From Candidatus Magasanikiibacteriota bacterium (GTDB lineage Bacteria > Patescibacteriota > Patescibacteriia > Magasanikbacterales > GWA2-37-8): a stretch of 64,000 nucleotides of DNA. Below the pieces are notes generated by a model, which was not told the origin of the DNA, searched no databases, and saw only the letters and a program-made list of their open reading frames with translations. The translations under genes were made by a program, and so were the position numbers. Positions 58,937-64,000 of this stretch are shown piece by piece. Position 1 is the stretch's first letter; every line of letters starts with the position of its first letter. The stretch spans positions 512,875-576,874 of the forward strand of contig CAWJAS010000001.1 of NCBI GenBank assembly GCA_963840935.1, read 5' to 3'.

Positions 58937-60412
58937 TTAAGACAATTTCTTTATTGCTGAATTGATTCTGCTCAAAACTTCTTTTTGGCCCAATACTTCT
59001 GCTATTTCAAACGGTCCCGGTGAATTTTCTTGCCCGGAAAGCGCCACGCGCAATGGCCAAAGAACCACTCCATTTGAATAACCGCTATTCTTAATCCACT
59101 CCCCCACTCTTTCTTGCAAATATTGACTATCCCATGATTGAACACTAATTGTGTTCAGTAACTCAATTAATTCTGACAGCACTTTTTTTGCTTCATCAAC
59201 CGAACTTTTCTTCCAAACAAGTAAGGTGGAATCATACTCCGGCAAATCAAAAACAAATTTCACCGCTTGTGGTAATTCGGCCAAAGTGGTTATTCTTTCA
59301 CGTTCAAGCGAAATCGCGCCCACTAATTTTTCTTTTTCTGTATTCACGCCAACTCCCTCTTCGTCAAAAAATATTTTAGATAATTCAAATATTTTTTCAT
59401 CAGACAGGCGCTTAATATATTCCTTATTGTACCAATCGAGCTTTTGTTGGTTAAAGACGGCTCCTGATTTACCCACATTCTGCAAACTAAATTCATTTAT
59501 CAATTCTTCCAATGTAAATAATTCACGCTCTCCACCCGGATTCCAACCCAAAAAGGCAATGAAATTTATTAAAGCTTCTTTAAGATACCCTTTTTTTATG
59601 TAATCCTCGACCGCCACATCACCTTGTCTTTTACTCAATTTTGATTTATCAGGATTTAAAATTAAAGGCAAATGAGCCATTCTTGGCACATCCCAGCCAA
59701 AATATTCATAAAGCATCAGATGTTTTGGCACGCTCGGCAACCACTCCTCACCGCGAATAATATCAGTAATCCCCATATAATGGTCGTCAATCACAACCGC
59801 CAAATGATAGGTTGGAAAACCGTCTGACTTAACAATCACTTGGTCGTCCACTAGTTCATTTTTAATTTTAACTTCCCCTCGAATAAGGTCGTTAAACACC
59901 GTTTCACCGGTTTTAGGCATTTTCATGCGTATTGTGTGTTTCTCTCCATTTTCAACCCTTTTTTGAGCTTCTACAGGGTCCAGGTCGCGACAATGGCCAT
60001 CATATCCGGTCGGTAATTTGCTCAATTGGCGCGATTCGCGTATTTCATCCAAACGTTCCGGCGTACAAAAACAATAATATGCCTTGCCGGCATCTACAAG
60101 TTCACGAGCGTGTTTTTTGTAAATTTCCAATCTCTCCGATTGAATATATGAACCTCCGCAATCTCCCGTTTGTGACAATTGATTATTTTTATCAAAAACA
60201 ACTCCTTCGTCGGGAATAATTCCCGCCCAATAAAGCGTTTTGAGTAAATTTTCCATTGCGCCATCAACAAGACGTTTTTGGTCGGTGTCTTCAATACGCA
60301 ACACAAACTTGCCATTACTTTTTTTGGCAACGCAATATGCGTACAGTGCCGTCCGCAAACCGCCCACATGCAAATATCCTGTTGGTGATGGAGCAAAACG
60401 AGTTCGAATCAT
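58937..60412 (-). CDS. gltX: Glutamate--tRNA ligase
   Basis: RFAPSPTGYLHVGG, RIEDTD, KLSKR. Confidence 0.97.
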   Translation of the reverse strand: MIRTRFAPSPTGYLHVGGLRTALYAYCVAKKSNGKFVLRIEDTDQKRLVDGAMENLLKTLYWAGIIPDEGVVFDKNNQLSQTGDCGGSYIQSERLEIYKKHARELVDAGKAYYCFCTPERLDEIRESRQLSKLPTGYDGHCRDLDPVEAQKRVENGEKHTIRMKMPKTGETVFNDLIRGEVKIKNELVDDQVIVKSDGFPTYHLAVVIDDHYMGITDIIRGEEWLPSVPKHLMLYEYFGWDVPRMAHLPLILNPDKSKLSKRQGDVAVEDYIKKGYLKEALINFIAFLGWNPGGERELFTLEELINEFSLQNVGKSGAVFNQQKLDWYNKEYIKRLSDEKIFELSKIFFDEEGVGVNTEKEKLVGAISLERERITTLAELPQAVKFVFDLPEYDSTLLVWKKSSVDEAKKVLSELIELLNTISVQSWDSQYLQERVGEWIKNSGYSNGVVLWPLRVALSGQENSPGPFEIAEVLGQKEVLSRINSAIKKLS

Positions 60413-60423
60413 AAATAAATAAA

Positions 60424-61155
60424 TTATTGTATTTTTTCTTTAATTGCCAAAATACTAAAAATTAATACGGCGTTCACAATTCTCAAAAATCTTTTTGGCT
60501 GTTTAAATAATCTATACAGCCATTCTAAACCGATTTTGCGCATTGAGCAAGGCGCCCTCTGAACCAAGCCGGAAATAAAATCAAAAGACCCGCCAACACC
60601 AACGGCAATTTTAACCGACGGCATTTTATGCAAATTTTTGTCAATCCATTTTTCCTGCTTACCCATGCCAAAAGCGACAAATAATATATCGGGCGATGCT
60701 TTAATAATGTTTTGCAAAGTCTCACTCCCCTCTTCACTGATAATTTTTGACTCGTGAATATCGGGCCCCTTGTCAAATCCAGCAATAATAATTTTTGGAA
60801 ATTTTTCTCGCAATTTATCAATTGTTTTTGCCACCACAAAATCACTGCCCGAACCCAACAGATAAATGCTTCTCCCCTCTTTTTCCGCTAAATGACAAAG
60901 TTCGAGCATAAAATCCACACCCGAAAAACGCGGAGCGCCGGAAAACAAACTTAAACCAAAACCATCGCACAAATTTATATCAGAGCCATTAAGAATATTT
61001 TTGAAATCTTCATCTTTGTGCGCTTTAACCAGCATTTCCGGATTTGGCGTGTATATTTTAAAAGACTTATCAGAGCATAAAAAAAATTCGGCCTTTTCCA
61101 AGACTTCAGCCTTCGACAAATCATCCACTCGCACACCAAGCACCGTTTTATTCAT
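60424..61155 (-). CDS. WecB/TagA/CpsF-family glycosyltransferase
   Basis: TPNPEM, DGFG, GMGKQEKW, GVGGSFD, GLEWLYRL..QPKR. Confidence 0.92.
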   Translation of the reverse strand: MNKTVLGVRVDDLSKAEVLEKAEFFLCSDKSFKIYTPNPEMLVKAHKDEDFKNILNGSDINLCDGFGLSLFSGAPRFSGVDFMLELCHLAEKEGRSIYLLGSGSDFVVAKTIDKLREKFPKIIIAGFDKGPDIHESKIISEEGSETLQNIIKASPDILFVAFGMGKQEKWIDKNLHKMPSVKIAVGVGGSFDFISGLVQRAPCSMRKIGLEWLYRLFKQPKRFLRIVNAVLIFSILAIKEKIQ

Positions 61156-61250
61156 AAATACATTGATTGACAGCAATGTTTAAAATAAATATAATAAGTA
61201 AAATTATACATATATTTTGTCATTTTGACAAATATTTATAAACGATTTTT

Positions 61251-61766
61251 ATGCAAAAAAAAGCAATGTTTTCGGCTATAATATTACCAGTGGCAATTAT
61301 TCTCATTTTTTCGGGATGCGGTAAAACCCCTATCAATCAAAGCACGAGTAAATCAAATGATTTGAACATTGCCCAAAATACCCTGCTTGCTTTTTTTGAC
61401 TCTTTAAAAAATGAAGAATTTGATAAGGCGGTGGAATTATTTGAACCGGTGGGATTAGACTCATGGGAATGGCTTGAAAATTTTAGTCCGGCCGAAGAAA
61501 GAAATAACAAGGCTTTGGTATTGAAAAACTATTGCCGAGCTACGGGCACTTGCCTTGAAGCAAATATTCTCAAGGTCGAGCAAAATAACGAAAACGAATT
61601 TATTTTATCTGTTGAATTTTTGCATGATGACGGGGAGGTATTTGTGCTCGGTCCGTGTTGTGGCGCCACAGAGGAAGAAATGCCTCCAGTAAGTAAATTT
61701 GACTTTCGTATTCACAAAAACGGCGATTTGTTTAAAGTATCCACTCCGCCTGTCTACGTTCCATAA
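61251..61766 (+). CDS. Hypothetical lipoprotein
   Basis: Lipobox-like FSGC; GPCCGATEEEMPP motif. Confidence 0.65.
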   Translation: MQKKAMFSAIILPVAIILIFSGCGKTPINQSTSKSNDLNIAQNTLLAFFDSLKNEEFDKAVELFEPVGLDSWEWLENFSPAEERNNKALVLKNYCRATGTCLEANILKVEQNNENEFILSVEFLHDDGEVFVLGPCCGATEEEMPPVSKFDFRIHKNGDLFKVSTPPVYVP

Positions 61767-61800
61767 AAAAAGACCCCGGCATTTGTCGGGGTCTTTTTTT
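61765..61800. terminator. Bidirectional terminator
   Basis: AAAAAAAGACCCCGGC-ATTT-GTCGGGGTCTTTTTTT. Confidence 0.8.
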
Positions 61801-61803
61801 TAT

Positions 61804-62502
61804 TTATTTTCCAAATCTTCTCTGGCGACAATTGAATTCTTCTATCGCTTTATCAAGTTCCGCTTCATCAAAATCCGGCCAATAAACTTTCGGAAAATAT
61901 AGTTCGCTGTATGCCGAATGCCAAGGCAGAAAACCCGACAATCTTTGTTCGCCGGAAGTGCGTATAATCAAATCCGGATCCGGTTGCCCGGCTAAATCCA
62001 AATTTTTTTCTATCAGTTCTTCGTTTATTAATTCCGGTGGAATTTTTTGGTCGGCAATTTTTTGCATCGCTCTCGTTAGCTCATCTCGTCCGCCGTAATT
62101 AAAAGCAAAATTCAAAATCAAAGCCTTATTTCCAAAAGTCTCTTTTTCTACCTGGTCAATCTTACTTAATACTTTTTCCGGAATACCAATTCGATTACCG
62201 ATCAATCTGAAACATATATTTTTTTCTTTCATTTCTGCGAGTTGTGAGTCAAGCCAATCAATAAATAAATCCATTAAATAATCGACTTCTTCTTTTGGAC
62301 GGTTATGATTTTCAGTTGAAAAAGCAAAGGCGGTGACAATTTTTACGCCAATATTGGCCGAGTAATTAACTACTCTTTTAAACATTTCCGCTCCTTTTTT
62401 ATGCCCCAAAATAACGGGCATCCCCTTTTCTTTTGCCCACCTGCGATTACCGTCCATTATAAAGGCAATATGGGTTGGAATAATTTGATTTTTGTTATTC
62501 AT
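61804..62502 (-). CDS. uppS: Undecaprenyl diphosphate synthase
   Basis: HIAFIMDGNRRWA, FSTEN, NYGGR, IRTSGEQRLSGF. Confidence 0.96.
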   Translation of the reverse strand: MNNKNQIIPTHIAFIMDGNRRWAKEKGMPVILGHKKGAEMFKRVVNYSANIGVKIVTAFAFSTENHNRPKEEVDYLMDLFIDWLDSQLAEMKEKNICFRLIGNRIGIPEKVLSKIDQVEKETFGNKALILNFAFNYGGRDELTRAMQKIADQKIPPELINEELIEKNLDLAGQPDPDLIIRTSGEQRLSGFLPWHSAYSELYFPKVYWPDFDEAELDKAIEEFNCRQRRFGK

Positions 62503-62555
62503 AGTTTCATCATATTATCAAATATTATTTAATTTGGCAACCCAAAAAAAGCATC

Positions 62556-62611
62556 TTGACACGCTATATAACTGTGGTATAGTATTATCACTCTCCATAC
62601 GAGAGTGATAA
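62556..62611 (+). promoter_or_regulatory. Sigma70 promoter plus CIRCE-like (HrcA) operator upstream of clpB
   Basis: TTGACA(62556)-N16-TATAGT, then TTATCACTC-N9-GAGTGATAA (62585-62611). Confidence 0.75.
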
Positions 62612-62630
62612 AAAGTAATAACTTCAATCT

Positions 62631-64000
62631 ATGATAAACCCTCAAAATTTTACGCAAAAATCGCAAGAAGCAATTCAATTAGCAAGCCAAATTGCCGCTG
62701 AAAACGGCCTACCTCAAATTGAGCCACCTCATTTATTTTTGGCCATGCTTCAGGACGAAGAAAACATTGTTGTTTCGGTGTTGCGCAAAATGAGCGTCAA
62801 TTTACCCTCTTTATTGGCCGAAATCGACGCATTAGTCAAGCGACTGCCAAAACAATTCGGAAGCTCGCCCATGGGCGCCGGAGGCCAAATAATGCTTTCC
62901 CCTCATGCCATGAATGTATTTCAAAATGCTTTGATTGAAGCAAAAAAAATGGGTGATGAATATATCAGCTTGGAACATTTATTACTCGCGTATTTGAGCA
63001 ATGTTAATCCGGTTAGCGATATATTATCAAAACAAAAAATTAATTATGATGAAACTCTAAAAGCTTTGGCCTCGATTCGAGGTACTCAAAAAGTTGACTC
63101 CCCCAACCCGGAGACAAAATATAACGCGCTGGAAAAGTACGGAAAAAATTTGACTGAACTCGCGCGTAAAGAAAAAATCGACCCTGTTATCGGCCGAGAT
63201 GATGAAATTCGTCGTGTGATGCAAATTTTATCAAGACGAACAAAAAATAATCCCGTTTTAATTGGGGAACCGGGCACCGGAAAAACCGCCATTGTGGAGG
63301 GTTTGGCGCAAAGAATTGTTAACGGAGATGTGCCTGAAATGTTACTTAATAAAGAAATAATCGGCTTGGACATTGGCGCTCTTCTTGCCGGAGCAAAATT
63401 TAGAGGAGAATTTGAAGAGCGTTTGAAAGCGGTATTAAAGGAAATCGATTCAGCAGCCGGAAAAATTATTTTATTTATTGATGAACTGCACACGATTATC
63501 GGCGCCGGCGCTTCGGAAGGCGCTATTGATGCCGCTAATATGCTCAAACCGATGCTCGCGCGCGGTGAACTGCACACAATCGGCGCCACTACCATAAAAG
63601 AATATCAAAAACATATCGAAAAAGACGCTGCTTTGGAAAGACGTTTTCAACCAGTGCTCGTGAACGAACCGTCAGAAAGCGACGCCATCGCCATACTTAG
63701 GGGTATCAAAGAAAAATATGAAGTTCATCACGGGGTTCGCATTACGGACTCGGCAATTGTGTCTGCCGTCAAATTATCCATGCGATATATTACAGACCGT
63801 TTCTTGCCGGACAAAGCGATTGATTTGATCGATGAATCCGCTTCCGCGCTTCGTCTTGAAATTGCCTCAATGCCCGACGAACTTGATAAATACAAAAGAA
63901 CGATGGTCAAATTAGAAATTGAAAAAAGAGCTTTGATGAATGAAAAAACAGCGGATGCAAAAGAGCACCTCAAAAAATTAGAAAAAGAATTGTCGGGAAT
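62631..64000 (+). CDS. clpB: ClpB chaperone, 3'-truncated by the window edge (absent from the ORF track)
   Basis: [18 protein letters not shown]..., [53 protein letters not shown]. Confidence 0.93.
   Translation, partial: MINPQNFTQKSQEAIQLASQIAAENGLPQIEPPHLFLAMLQDEENIVVSVLRKMSVNLPSLLAEIDALVKRLPKQFGSSPMGAGGQIMLSPHAMNVFQNALIEAKKMGDEYISLEHLLLAYLSNVNPVSDILSKQKINYDETLKALASIRGTQKVDSPNPETKYNALEKYGKNLTELARKEKIDPVIGRDDEIRRVMQILSRRTKNNPVLIGEPGTGKTAIVEGLAQRIVNGDVPEMLLNKEIIGLDIGALLAGAKFRGEFEERLKAVLKEIDSAAGKIILFIDELHTIIGAGASEGAIDAANMLKPMLARGELHTIGATTIKEYQKHIEKDAALERRFQPVLVNEPSESDAIAILRGIKEKYEVHHGVRITDSAIVSAVKLSMRYITDRFLPDKAIDLIDESASALRLEIASMPDELDKYKRTMVKLEIEKRALMNEKTADAKEHLKKLEKELSG

Noticed and set aside
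63086-63973. Minus-strand ORFs 63086-63595 and 63728-63973
   Set aside because: Antisense shadows of clpB, which occupies the + strand.

Overview
AT-rich bacterial chromosomal window. The gene set, the general lack of Shine-Dalgarno motifs and the frequent TAATATG/ATGA gene junctions suggest a Patescibacteria (CPR) genome; this is an inference. Standard genetic code. Most of it is housekeeping: murE-like, ftsB, prsA, ftsEX, uppP, proS, thiI-Rrf2-iscS-iscU-ferredoxin, rsmI, metG, tatD, the F-type ATP synthase operon, a UvrD-nuclease fusion, mreBCD-mrdA, greA, lysS, serS, alr, ftsQ, a Xer recombinase, an M23 peptidase, gltX, a TagA-like glycosyltransferase, uppS and a partial clpB, plus four tRNAs (Gly, Thr, Gln, Asn). 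Two accessory loci stand out. (1) 18.7-25.5 kb: a WxL-like/DUF916-like secreted-protein operon whose parts look like an usher-less, donor-strand-exchange pilus (major subunit, chaperone, tip, and a base subunit with a dockerin), facing a convergent cohesin-Ig scaffold and a membrane anchor. (2) 8.4-9.2 kb: a small GIY-YIG nuclease gene embedded in a duplicated 5' end of tRNA-Asn, followed by two fold-back units built from the tRNA 3' end and a recurring 16-bp palindrome. Also noted: an unannotated 37-aa basic peptide with a consensus promoter, a dif-like site directly upstream of the xer gene, and a CIRCE variant before clpB. Several single-base lesions (three in atpB, and one each in DUF389, the CxxC gene and ftsQ) may be consensus errors, which weakens any split-gene claim. 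All family calls come from motif recognition by eye; no database search was run.
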